Below the pieces are notes generated by a model. It searched no databases, was not told the DNA's origin, and saw only the letters and a program-made list of their open reading frames with translations. Position numbers and translations under genes: made by a program. A stretch of DNA of 64,000 nt from an uncultured delta proteobacterium (GTDB taxonomy: Bacteria > Desulfobacterota > BSN033 > UBA1163), in contig CAVPSJ010000004.1 of NCBI GenBank assembly GCA_963708295.1, forward strand, positions 320,001-384,000, written 5' to 3'. Shown piece after piece: positions 51,083 through 61,347 of this stretch (the stretch's first letter is position 1; each line of letters begins with the position of its first letter).

Positions 51083-51844
51083 GGGCCTATCCTCCTTGTC
51101 GAAAAGAAAAAAATAATTCTAATACAATATACCACATACCACATTGTGGCATATGCCGTCAATAGTTCTGAGTCTGCCGGGGAGTCTTATTCATCGCAAA
51201 AAGATCAGAAGATGGGAGGAAAAGATGAATGCTTATTTGGGCAGAGCAACCAAGCGTCAAAACGCCGCGGAACAAGCGGAGGGAGTGATAGAGAGAAGAA
51301 GATCCAGATCGATAGAGGGTTAACTTTGAAAGGAAAAGTCCGCCCTTTTACAGGTTTCTCGAAACCACGCTTACCTTGAAAGAAATGAAAATAGATGAAA
51401 GCCCGAATGGATCTCTTCAATAGGAAATTCCAATATTGCAGCGGGCGATTATTGAAAATTCCAATTTGACATGTAGAAGCTCTTGATATAGTTTGGTTAT
51501 ACTTGATTTTATGAGGAACAGCGAGGGGCAAGAGGCGGTGGACATTCGTTCCATGTTTCGCTATCGCCCATGATCTGTCTCTTGGGATGCCCCTCGGTTT
51601 GGGCTGCGATCGTTTACGGGACGGATTGAGCCCGATTGGATTTGAAGGAGGCTCCCTTTCCATAGAAAGAAAGGTCTTCCCGAACTTCCTTCACAAGTCG
51701 ATTTCATCCCTTTTTGCTAGGGTGTGACAGTCGCGTGAAATTCTTAAAACGAAAACCGTTGCCGAACGATGACACGGGCGGCCTTGCAGTTACCGCTGGA
51801 CGAATGGACTGAACCTATTTTTTATGTAAATGCCCAGGGGCAAA

Positions 51845-52897
51845 ATGTGGGATTTTTTCAAAAAGAGAACATTAACCGGGCTCTCCCGCACCTGTGGCTG
51901 AGCGGCGAAAATTGGTCCGACGGATCTGTCGGACGCACTCAAGGCACTGCATTCCTCGCACGATCCCAACCTATTGGTAGGTTTTGAAACCTGCGATGAT
52001 GCAGCTGTTTATCGCCTGTCGGATAATATTGCCTTTATCAGCACAGTGGACTTCATCACACCCCCGATGGATGACCCTTACTGGTTTGGACAGATCGCCG
52101 CTGCCAATGCATTATCGGATGTCTATGCCATGGGAGGCAAACCTCTCACAGCTCTGAATCTTGTTATGTTTCCGACGAAGAAACTCGATTCGAGTCTTCT
52201 TAAGGAGATACTGCGGGGAGGATGCGATAAGGTATCCGAGGCAGGGGCTTCTATCGCAGGCGGACATTCGGTAGATGACAATGAACCGAAGTATGGTCTG
52301 GCGGTAACAGGAGTGGTTCATCCGGACCGCATCCTGACGAATTGCGACGCGAGAGAAGGCGACGTATTGATCCTGACCAAACCTATTGGTACAGGTGTCT
52401 TGTTTAATGCCTGCCGATCTAAGAAACTACCCTGGCATGATTTAGAAGTGATTCTCCCCGAGGTGGCTTCTCTCAATAAGAAAGCGATAGAAATCGGCTT
52501 GAACTTTGAAGTCCATGCCTGCACCGATATCACGGGTTTTGGGATCCTTGGACATTCTCTGGAGATGGCAAAAGGGAGTGGAGTCCAAATCAATCTTTTC
52601 TATGACAAGCTTCCGCTCTATCCAAATGCCCTTCAGATGTATCGCAAGGGCCAGACAACGGGAAGCAATAAGGCCAACAGAAGATTGGCTGAAGGGCTCT
52701 TTAAGAAAAAAAGAGAGCTTTCCGAAGAAGAAGAGGAATTACTCTTTGATCCTCAGACTTCCGGGGGACTTCTGCTTTCTGTTCCTTCAACCGAGGCGGA
52801 CCGGCTCGTCACTGAATTGAAAAGAGCCGGTATAGAGGCTGCTGCCCGGGTCGGTGAAGTGGTTTCGGGCCCACCGCCGTGCATTTGCATTATTTGA
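51845..52897 (+). CDS. selD: Selenide,water dikinase, selenocysteine-containing (UGA at 51899-51901)
   Basis: MWDFFKKRTLTGLSRTCG-U-AAKIGP in frame with DDAAV, DVYAMGG, TDITGFG, DPQTSGGLL. Confidence 0.95.
51914..51933 (+). promoter_or_regulatory. Bacterial SECIS hairpin
   Basis: GTCCGAC-GGATCT-GTCGGAC about 12 nt after the UGA, with G in the apical loop. Confidence 0.7.
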
Positions 52898-53062
52898 GAG
52901 GACTTGGCCTCCCTAGGTGTTGGCTCTTCGCAACGGCTAGCTGAATAATATAACACTGCCCCGCAAAAAATACAGGATTCACCTTATTTACTTTTGAACA
53001 GAGATTCGATATGCTAGGCAAAAAGGGAGTTTTGAAATTCTTGAACGTGAGGAGGCAGATCC

Positions 53063-53338
53063 ATGGGAGGAAAAATCAAAACGAAGAAGGTTTCATTTGA
53101 ATTCGTGGCACCGGACGCACAGAAAGTCTACCTGGCGGGTGACTTCAATAACTGGGATCCCAAGACGAACCCGATGAAGAAGGACAAGAAAGGGGTATGG
53201 AAGGCAACCGTATCCTTGAAGCCAGGCAGATATGAATACCGTTTTCTCAAGGACGGCAGCTGGGAAAATGACCCTTTTTGTTGCGACTGCGTCCCCAACG
53301 AATTCGGAAGCCAGAATTGTGTGAGAATTGTTGAGTGA
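53063..53338 (+). CDS. Stand-alone glycogen-binding CBM48/AMPK-beta-like domain protein
   Basis: AQKVYLAGDFNNW...MKK...GVW....L.PGRYEYRF..DG.W..DP. Confidence 0.88.
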   Translation: MGGKIKTKKVSFEFVAPDAQKVYLAGDFNNWDPKTNPMKKDKKGVWKATVSLKPGRYEYRFLKDGSWENDPFCCDCVPNEFGSQNCVRIVE

Positions 53339-53390
53339 TTGTTAGGGGCCAGTGTTTTTCTTCAATTGAAGCTATACCTTCACGGAACAG

Positions 53391-54491
53391 TTACTTGCTC
53401 CTCGGTCTTTCGCTGAGGGTCACTTTCACGTCTACAAAAACATCCTTTCGAAACACCTTGAGAAGAATCGTATCTCCCGGCTTCTTCTCACGAATATAAC
53501 GGATCAACTCATCATTTGTTTTAACGTCATGTTGGTCCGCCTTCACCACAATATCTCCACCCACGAGCACAATCATATTGCCAACCTGAACCCTTTGATT
53601 ACCCCCTTTCAAACCCGCCTTATCCGCGGGGCCACCCTTTACCACCTCTGCAATCATTGCTCCTCGTTCTATTTTAAGTTTGCGATACTTTGCTATTTCA
53701 GGGATGAGCGATTGAATGGTTGCACCGATCCAGGGATAGGTCACATACCCTTTGGTGAGGAGTTCCGGGACGACTCGCTTTGCCGTATTAACGGGAATGG
53801 CAAAGCCAATCCCCACATTTCCACCAGACGGACTGATGATGGCACTATTGATTCCGATGATCTCTCCATCAGAATTGAGGAGTGGCCCGCCGGAATTTCC
53901 CGGATTAATGGCAGCATCCGTCTGAATCACATCTTCGATTAATGTCCCAGCCCCAGACCGGATGGTTCTGCCGAGAGAGCTGATGATTCCCGTTGTCAAT
54001 GTTCTTTGCAGACCGAAAGGATTCCCGATAGCCAGAACTTTCTGCCCGATCTTTAAATTCTTTGAATCCCCCATGGAAATGACTTTCAACCGATCCCTCG
54101 GGGCCTCAATTTTGATCACTGCCAGATCGTTATCCGGATCTGACCCCGCTAATGTAGCAGGCCACTTGGATCCGTCTCCCAAGGTCACCTCTAATTTTTG
54201 GGCCTCCGCCACGACATGATGGTTGGTCAGGATATGGCCCTTTGTATCGATGACAGACCCGGACCCGGATCCCTGGGTCGGAAAGGCGTTGAAGAAAAAG
54301 TCTAATTGCATGGCCGTACTGGTAACGTTAACAACCCCTTCTGCAACCTTCTCGTAAACCGCAATATTATTTCTCTCGTCTTCTGTCAAAGCAGCAGAAA
54401 AAACCTGCTCGGTGACGAAAAGAGCGAGGAACAAAATAAGAACTGAAATGAAAATGCTCCCGGACATCAATTTTTTTCCCAAAACCATCAT
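53391..54491 (-). CDS. HtrA/DegS-like serine protease with one PDZ domain
   Basis: GSGS, TNHHVV, DLAVIK, TDAAINPGNSGGPL. Confidence 0.93.
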   Translation of the reverse strand: MMVLGKKLMSGSIFISVLILFLALFVTEQVFSAALTEDERNNIAVYEKVAEGVVNVTSTAMQLDFFFNAFPTQGSGSGSVIDTKGHILTNHHVVAEAQKLEVTLGDGSKWPATLAGSDPDNDLAVIKIEAPRDRLKVISMGDSKNLKIGQKVLAIGNPFGLQRTLTTGIISSLGRTIRSGAGTLIEDVIQTDAAINPGNSGGPLLNSDGEIIGINSAIISPSGGNVGIGFAIPVNTAKRVVPELLTKGYVTYPWIGATIQSLIPEIAKYRKLKIERGAMIAEVVKGGPADKAGLKGGNQRVQVGNMIVLVGGDIVVKADQHDVKTNDELIRYIREKKPGDTILLKVFRKDVFVDVKVTLSERPRSK

Positions 54492-54524
54492 CCTTCCCCC
54501 TAACTCTTAATCAAACATGACTCA

Positions 54525-54686
54525 ACTGTAGTGAATCTGACACTTCTTCACAGTGATCTGAAAGGTGTCATTCCGGCCCCGATTTCAATCGGGATAAACT
54601 CCGGCGGGAATCCAGGTAGAAAGACTGGATTCCGGATCAAGTCCGGAATGACAAAACGTGTGAAGTGATTTTTGAAGCACTACAGT
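54525..54686. repeat. Composite REP/MITE; related REP at 61250-61316
   Basis: Outer IR ACTGTAGTG/CACTACAGT; inner TGTCATTCCGG...GGAATCCAG..CTGGATTCCGG..CCGGAATGACA. Confidence 0.7.
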
Positions 54687-54710
54687 GATTATTGTATCTT
54701 CAGATTTCTC

Positions 54711-54930
54711 CTACAGGCCTTTAGAGACTTTGTCGATAACTCTTTTCAACTTTTCCGTAACTTCCTCGGCTATTTTCCTCAGCTCCTCCTTCTTGATCAC
54801 TTCTAAGGCAGAAACTGGATTGATGGCAGAAATATAGGCCTTTTTGTCATCCGTTTCATAGGCAATCACATCGCACGGAAGGAGAAGCCCCACATCGAGA
54901 TCGGCCTGAAGGGTACGGTGGGCTACCGGG
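54711..54930 (-). pseudogene. DUF302-family gene, 5'-truncated
   Basis: PVAHRTLQADLDVGLLLPCDVIAYE..ISAINP is the C-terminal half only; no room for the N-terminal half before cysK. Confidence 0.65.
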
Positions 54931-54976
54931 CTAACCTCCTCGTGCCAAAAAGCCCAAGACTTGCCGAGATGTTACT

Positions 54977-55954
54977 CTATATCTTCGGAAGGCCGGCATC
55001 GTCGAAAACTCCTTCGAAAAGCGGTCCCGTCAGATATCGCTCTCCCGCGTCGGGCAGGATGGCCACAATCGTTTTCCCTTCGAATTCTTTTGCGTTCGCA
55101 AGCCTTAGCGCTACAGCGATCGCAGCACCACAGCTGACCCCGGAAAGTATCCCTTCTTCACGAGCCAACCTTCTCGCGTGCTCGATCGCCTCTCCACTCG
55201 TGACCTGCTCCACTCGGTCCACCATCGACAGGTCAAGTGTGTCCGGAATGAATCCGGCACCGATCCCCTGAATCTTGTGGGGCCCGGGCTTAAGCTCCTG
55301 CCCTGCAAGCCGCTGCGTGATCACCGGACTCTCTGCGGGTTCCACTGCCACGCTGATAATCTTTTTCTTCTTCTCTCCCTTAATATACCGTGACACACCC
55401 GTAATCGTCCCCCCCGTCCCCACCCCCGAGACAAGGACATCGATCCCGCCCTTCGTCTGCTCCCAGATCTCAGGCCCGGTCGTCTTGAAATGAATCTCCG
55501 GGTTGGCAGGATTCTTAAACTGCTGGGGCATATAGTAATTGGGACTCGATCCCGCAATCTTTTCTGCTTCTTCAATCGCCCCCTTCATTCCCTTAGCTCC
55601 TGGTGTCAGGAGGATGTTTGCGCCGAGGATGGCCAGCACCTTCCGCCGTTCCATCGACATCGTCTCAGGCATCGTGACGTTCAGTTTATACCCTCTCGCT
55701 GCAGCCACAAAGGCCAACGCAATGCCCGTATTTCCGCTTGTCGGCTCAATGATCTCCATCCCGGGTTTGAGCAGTCCTTGCTTCTCTGCCGCCCAGATCA
55801 TATTCGCCCCTATCCGACACTTCACCGAATACGAAGGGTTACGACCCTCGATCTTGCCAAGGATCGTCGCTTTGAGCCCCTGAGCCATCCGATTGATCCG
55901 AACCATCGGAGTACTGCCGATGGACAATGAATTGTCATCAAAAAATTGAACCAT
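54977..55954 (-). CDS. cysK: Cysteine synthase A
   Basis: [33 protein letters not shown]. Confidence 0.96.
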   Translation of the reverse strand: MVQFFDDNSLSIGSTPMVRINRMAQGLKATILGKIEGRNPSYSVKCRIGANMIWAAEKQGLLKPGMEIIEPTSGNTGIALAFVAAARGYKLNVTMPETMSMERRKVLAILGANILLTPGAKGMKGAIEEAEKIAGSSPNYYMPQQFKNPANPEIHFKTTGPEIWEQTKGGIDVLVSGVGTGGTITGVSRYIKGEKKKKIISVAVEPAESPVITQRLAGQELKPGPHKIQGIGAGFIPDTLDLSMVDRVEQVTSGEAIEHARRLAREEGILSGVSCGAAIAVALRLANAKEFEGKTIVAILPDAGERYLTGPLFEGVFDDAGLPKI

Positions 55955-56033
55955 GTTATTCTCCTTTCCAACATCTAAATTTAGGAATTTAGGGATTGAG
56001 GAATTCCAAGCTTCTTAATTCGCAATGACTTAA

Positions 56034-58502
56034 TTACAAAGGAGGTTTGAACCCCCGAAGTCGTAGGGCGTTTGAGACGACGGTGACCGATGAAATCGCC
56101 ATGGCCCCAGCGGCGAAAATAGGGTTTAGCAGGATACCGAAAAATGGGAAAAGAACGCCCGCAGCCACGGGGATGAGAACCGTATTATATGCAAAAGCCC
56201 AAAAGAGGTTCTGTTTGATATTCCGAATCGTTGCCTTGCTTAAGGCAATGGCTGTCACGACCCCTCTCAAATCTCCACCAATTAAAGTGATATCCGAGGA
56301 CTCCATCGCCACGTCGGTTCCTGTTCCGATCGCAATCCCCACATCGGCTTGAGCTAAGGCAGGGGCATCATTGATACCATCCCCCACCATTCCTACTTTT
56401 TTGCCTTCCGACTGAAGCCGCCGGACCTCTTCTGCCTTCATCTCAGGAAGAACTTCTGCCAGGACCCGGTCGACTCCAATCTGATTCGCAATGGCTTTGG
56501 CGGTTCGCTGGTTATCACCCGTAAGCATTACTACTTCCAATCCCATCCGGTGAAAGGCTTCTACAGCTTTCTTTGAATTCTCCTTTAAGGTATCTGCGAC
56601 GGCAATGATCCCGGCCACTTCTCCTTCTACTGCCAAAAACATAGGGGTCTTTCCTTCATTGGAAAGCTGTTCCGCCTTTTCTAACAATCCATTGAGAAAT
56701 ACTTTTCGCTCTTCCATCAATCTCAAATTTCCAAGGAGGATTCTTTTTGAATCAAGCGCTGCCTCAATCCCTTGACCCGCAATGGCCTCAAAGTCCTTCG
56801 CAACTAAAAGATTTAAACCCTCCTCTCTTGCCTTTTTCACGATTGCCTCGCCCAAAGGATGCTCTGATCCTTTTTCAGCGGAGGCAGCGAAAGTCAAGAT
56901 CTCTTTCTTAGTAAACTTGCCAGATTCAATGACATCCGTTACGGATGGTTCTCCCTTGGTTAAGGTTCCTGTCTTATCCAAAACAATCGTATTCAATTGA
57001 TGCGCTATCTCCAGGGCCTCTGCTCCTCGAATTAGAATTCCATTTTCTGCGCCCTTCCCCGTTCCCACCATGATAGAGGTGGGGGTCGCCAATCCCAACG
57101 CGCAAGGGCAGGCGATGATCAGAACCGCCACGAAGTTGAGAAAGGCATAAGTAAGTGCTGGATGAGGGCCGAACAAATACCAGACGATGAATGTGACGAT
57201 CGCGATAGAGATGACGACCGGAACAAAATAGCTTGCAATGACATCCACCATTCGGGCAATCGGGGGTTTCGATCCCTGAGCCTCCTGAACCAGCCGGACA
57301 ATCTGGGCAAGCACCGTATCCTTTCCAACCTTGGTTGCCTCGAATTTAAACGTCCCGGTCTTATTCATCGTTGCACCGATCACCGGATCCCCTGTCTTCT
57401 TCTCAACGGGCAGGGATTCTCCCGTCACCATGGATTCATCGACAAAGGAGTAACCTTCTTTGACAACCCCGTCTACAGGGATTTTCTCCCCCGGACGAAC
57501 GAGTATCCTATCTCCCGAGACAACTTCTTCTATCGGAATATCGGCTTCGTTTCCGTTCCGGAGAACCCTCGCCGTCTTGGGTTGAAGGCCGATCAGCTTC
57601 TTAATCGCCTCGGAGGTCTTTCCCTTTGCCCGCGCCTCCAAAAATCTTCCAAGAAGAATGAGGACGATGATCGCTGCAGAGGTATCAAAATAGACATCCA
57701 TCATCAGGCCTTTGACCATAATCCGGTGAGGAACAAAAGTCACGATGAGACTATAGAGGTAAGCTGCAGAGGTCCCGACGGCGATCAGTGTGTTCATATC
57801 GCTGGTCTTATGTTTCGTTGCCTTCCAGAACCCCACATAAAACTGCCATCCGGCCCAGAACTGGACAGGGGTCGCCAGCAAGAATTGAAGGAAAAAATTA
57901 ACCCCCTGTGGCAATCCAAGCCATCTTTCTAGGTAGGGGGCACCATACATGAGCAATAGAATCGGAGCGAGTAGGATTGCCCCTAAGATGAACTTCAGCT
58001 TTAATCGAGAGAGTTCGGCCTCCCTGGCAAGCCTTTCCTTCTCAACAATGTCTTCCTCTCTCACCTCGAGAACCTGGTAGCCTGCTTCTTCAACGGCCTT
58101 CTTAAGGTCCCTGATCGTCACCTCTGCAGGAATATACTCAACCGATGCCCTTTCTGTGGCGAAGTTAACGTCTGCGTGAACTACCCCTTTGACAGCGTTG
58201 AGAGCCTTCTGGACTTTGTTCACACAGGAGGCACAGGTCATTCCCTGAATGGGCAAAAGAACTTTCTCCGACCGGGCGTCGTAACCCAGGTCTTTTACTT
58301 TATCGATGAGATGGGAAAGACCGGTTTGCTCAGGATGAAAGACAACCGTGGCCTTCTCTGCGGCAAAGTTAACGGTCGCTTTGGAAACTCCTTCTACGCT
58401 CGCCAACCCTTTTTCAATCTTTAACGCGCAGCTGGCACACGACATTCCCGCGATGGGAAGATCAATGCGCTGTAACCCTTCATTGGGATTTTTTGATTCC
58501 AT
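56034..58502 (-). CDS. copA: Cu(I)-translocating P1B ATPase
   Basis: Two GMxCASC HMA domains, CPC, DKTGT, SEHP, GDGIND, YN and MxxSS. Confidence 0.95.
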   Translation of the reverse strand: MESKNPNEGLQRIDLPIAGMSCASCALKIEKGLASVEGVSKATVNFAAEKATVVFHPEQTGLSHLIDKVKDLGYDARSEKVLLPIQGMTCASCVNKVQKALNAVKGVVHADVNFATERASVEYIPAEVTIRDLKKAVEEAGYQVLEVREEDIVEKERLAREAELSRLKLKFILGAILLAPILLLMYGAPYLERWLGLPQGVNFFLQFLLATPVQFWAGWQFYVGFWKATKHKTSDMNTLIAVGTSAAYLYSLIVTFVPHRIMVKGLMMDVYFDTSAAIIVLILLGRFLEARAKGKTSEAIKKLIGLQPKTARVLRNGNEADIPIEEVVSGDRILVRPGEKIPVDGVVKEGYSFVDESMVTGESLPVEKKTGDPVIGATMNKTGTFKFEATKVGKDTVLAQIVRLVQEAQGSKPPIARMVDVIASYFVPVVISIAIVTFIVWYLFGPHPALTYAFLNFVAVLIIACPCALGLATPTSIMVGTGKGAENGILIRGAEALEIAHQLNTIVLDKTGTLTKGEPSVTDVIESGKFTKKEILTFAASAEKGSEHPLGEAIVKKAREEGLNLLVAKDFEAIAGQGIEAALDSKRILLGNLRLMEERKVFLNGLLEKAEQLSNEGKTPMFLAVEGEVAGIIAVADTLKENSKKAVEAFHRMGLEVVMLTGDNQRTAKAIANQIGVDRVLAEVLPEMKAEEVRRLQSEGKKVGMVGDGINDAPALAQADVGIAIGTGTDVAMESSDITLIGGDLRGVVTAIALSKATIRNIKQNLFWAFAYNTVLIPVAAGVLFPFFGILLNPIFAAGAMAISSVTVVSNALRLRGFKPPL

Positions 58503-58598
58503 GACAATCCTTGATGCGGAGAAATCCTTGCTCTTCCATTAAAAAGAAGGATCCGATTTGATTCCCTCCCTTTATCAATCGGAAGAAAAGCGAATGAA

Positions 58599-59078
58599 TT
58601 ATTTTACATCATAATAGATACCGGCAGTTATTTTTTTCTCTCCACTCTTTGCGAGAATCATGACCTGATACTTTCCCTTCTCCGGAAGATTAAAATAGGC
58701 ATCATAGCTTTTCATCTCACCATCATATTTTAGGGGTTTGATCTGATCTTTCCCTTTGGGATCAACCACTTTCATGCTGATCTGAGCATTGGTCATCTCT
58801 TTTTGAGTCTTTTCATCTTTCAGCGTCACCGTGATGTTGTGAGTCGTTCCAGGCTCGATATCCTCTTTCATCTTCATGTCCTTCAGCATCTTCTGATGCT
58901 CATCATTGGCCATCATCTGAAATGTGACCTTTACTCCTTCAACAAGAACTTCCTTCGTGTCCATCTTCATCGGTGTTCCCATCGACATTCCCCCGTGTGA
59001 ATGCTGGGCCACAGGGGCCGATACAAATGCAAACAAACAAAGAACAAATACACTCGTAACCGAAATCACCCTTTTCAT
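58599..59078 (-). CDS. Periplasmic Met/His-rich putative copper-binding protein
   Basis: Signal peptide, QHSHGGMSMG, MKDMKM; upstream of copA. Confidence 0.65.
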   Translation of the reverse strand: MKRVISVTSVFVLCLFAFVSAPVAQHSHGGMSMGTPMKMDTKEVLVEGVKVTFQMMANDEHQKMLKDMKMKEDIEPGTTHNITVTLKDEKTQKEMTNAQISMKVVDPKGKDQIKPLKYDGEMKSYDAYFNLPEKGKYQVMILAKSGEKKITAGIYYDVK

Positions 59079-59111
59079 CGCATAAACCTCCTTTAAAGAA
59101 TGTTCACAAAC

Positions 59112-59651
59112 CTAATCAAGCCAGGCGGGATCCGCCTTTGTCTCTTTTGCCTCCTTGGAAAGTTTTTCTAACATTTCATTCGCCTCAGAGATTTGGGCCT
59201 GATACTTCTCCTTCTCTTCTCTCAATTTATCCAACTCAATAATATTCATTTATCTGAGTCGGCTTCGCGAAGTCTTCTCCGGCTCAACTCATCAGATTTT
59301 TTCGTATACCTCTTCTCTGGCAGCCTCATATTTTTCAGTCGCTTCCCTTAATTGTTCCTTCCATGGACGCACCTTTTCCCGCCACCAGGTCTCATCGCGG
59401 CCATAAAGATCTGTCTTGATCTCCTCAGGTTCGTTCTCACGAGTTGCTGCCTGGGGAGATCGTGGAATCACGTTTTCTTTGACATCCTTTCTTTCTTCCT
59501 TCTCAACCCGATCGCGATAGGAAGGAGGAACTTTACTCAGGTCATCCGTAAAGTTCACTACCCCGTCTTTATCGACCCATTTGTAAACAGTAGCTGAGTA
59601 TGCCGGTAGAGAAAACATTAACAGAATCAGAAAGATAGACAAAATCTTCAT
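59112..59651 (-). CDS. DUF4124-domain secreted protein, frameshifted near 59290
   Basis: VYKWVDKDGVVNFTD; coiled-coil C-terminus ending ..ADPAWLD in another frame. Confidence 0.7.
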
Positions 59652-59868
59652 CCCACATACCTCCTTGCTTTAATAGGCATAATTACACACCCCTAATATG
59701 ATCACGAAAATCCGTAATTCAAGGGATTCGGACAGGAAAATGGGTCCTCCTCTCCGGATAGAAGGCTTTTATGGCTTGATCGGATTTTCCTTGCTCTAAG
59801 ATTTCGGCGATTCACTTTCAGCAAATTCCCTCCCTGAATTCCCTTTACTTAAGAGGGACTGAGCAGGA

Positions 59869-61165
59869 TCATTCCTTTATTGAGACCAAACGATGCCTTG
59901 GATCGCTCCCGTTAAATGAGGGCGCACCATCCAGTTCCTTTTTGTTCAGCCGGGTAGAAACCATCCCCATCAAGAAGGGTGAGACCATGGTCAACCCGGC
60001 TCCCACGAGGACCGCAATGCTAAAGAACTGAGGAGTCAACACACCGCGCGAAAATAGGTACGCAGCAATCACGATCCCCATTTCGCCTTGAGCCAAAACT
60101 CCAAACAGGATGAAGACCCGCTCGCGCGATGATGAATACTCTTTATTTGCAGCTATCCGGCATCCGATCAGTTTTGTACCAATGACAACGATTAGTAGAA
60201 CTATCAAAAAAAGGGTGAAACCTTGGATCGCTTTGACATTCACCTCCAGGCCAATGACCACGAGCAGAATTGCCACTGGGATCGAAGCCAGAACGGATTC
60301 AAATCCCTTGGCAAGTTTTTCTTTTGCCCCCGGGTTTGACGCTCCAAGCAGCCCTCCTCCCAGGGAGGCAACTCCCACAGCAGCAAAACTTCCAAAATGC
60401 ATCGCTGCCCATGCATACAACGAAGCGACCAACAAGAGATATCCAATGAGTATTTGTCTGGGTCTTTTTTGAAAACCAGATTTCGAAGATAGTTTCAGAA
60501 ATCGTGAAGTCAGAAAGTATGCGACAGCAAAAAACATAATGAGCTTCGCTAAGAACCATGACACAGCGATGGTCATCTTAAATGGTCCATAGGTCACAGC
60601 ATAATTCGTCGCCTGGCTGGCAATCATCAACAGAATTGCCAACAAGCCACTCGAAGATGGCCGCTCCCGATACGAGGACCGCAGCCCGCGAACCAAGGAT
60701 CTTCATCTCACTGAAGTAATAAATTGAAATTCCAAAACTTGAGGCTGATAGGATCGCGCTCATTGCCAGGGCTTCTGACCAGCGATCCACAAACAGTCGT
60801 GTGAGGATCGCAACACTCACCGCAGTCAAACCAAATTCCCAAGCACCCACGGAAAAAGAAAGTTTCAGTATTTTTTTCAGCTCACGCCAATCCACCTCCA
60901 GACCGGCCAGAAACATCAGTTGAATCAGCCCAATCTCGGCAAGGATTTTCAAAGCGCTATGGAGCGGACCGGAAGAAGGGCTTCCCCAGGTCCCAAGAAC
61001 CATGGGAACTCCTAAAACATTAAACACAGAGGGGCCGAGAAGAATCCCGATCAGGAGTTGAATACTGATGCTGGACAGGCCAAATCGCCTTGCCAGGATG
61101 GCTGCTATCCTTGCTACCACGATGACGACAATCAAAATAATGATCCACAGGGGAAATGCTTCCAT
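59869..61165 (-). CDS. Cation:proton antiporter (CPA2/Kef-like), frameshift near 60655
   Basis: GILLGPS, LAEIGLIQLMFLAGLEVD, K..GC, QGEMG across two frames. Confidence 0.8.
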
Positions 61166-61347
61166 AGCTTTAGACTTCTCCGTCCCCAACCGCGCCGTCG
61201 CCAAAGCGCCTATCTGCATCAAGCGCTTCGGCCAAGTCAGGTTGTGGCTGTTTCATTCCGGTGAAGCGGGAATCCAGTTCAGGAACACTGGATTCCGGGT
61301 CAAGCCCGGAATGACAAACAAAGCAACGGGACTCGTTACGCACCAAG

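Noticed and set aside
51400-51844. tRNA-Sec (selC) near selD
   Set aside because: No cloverleaf with a TCA anticodon or a T-loop motif found.
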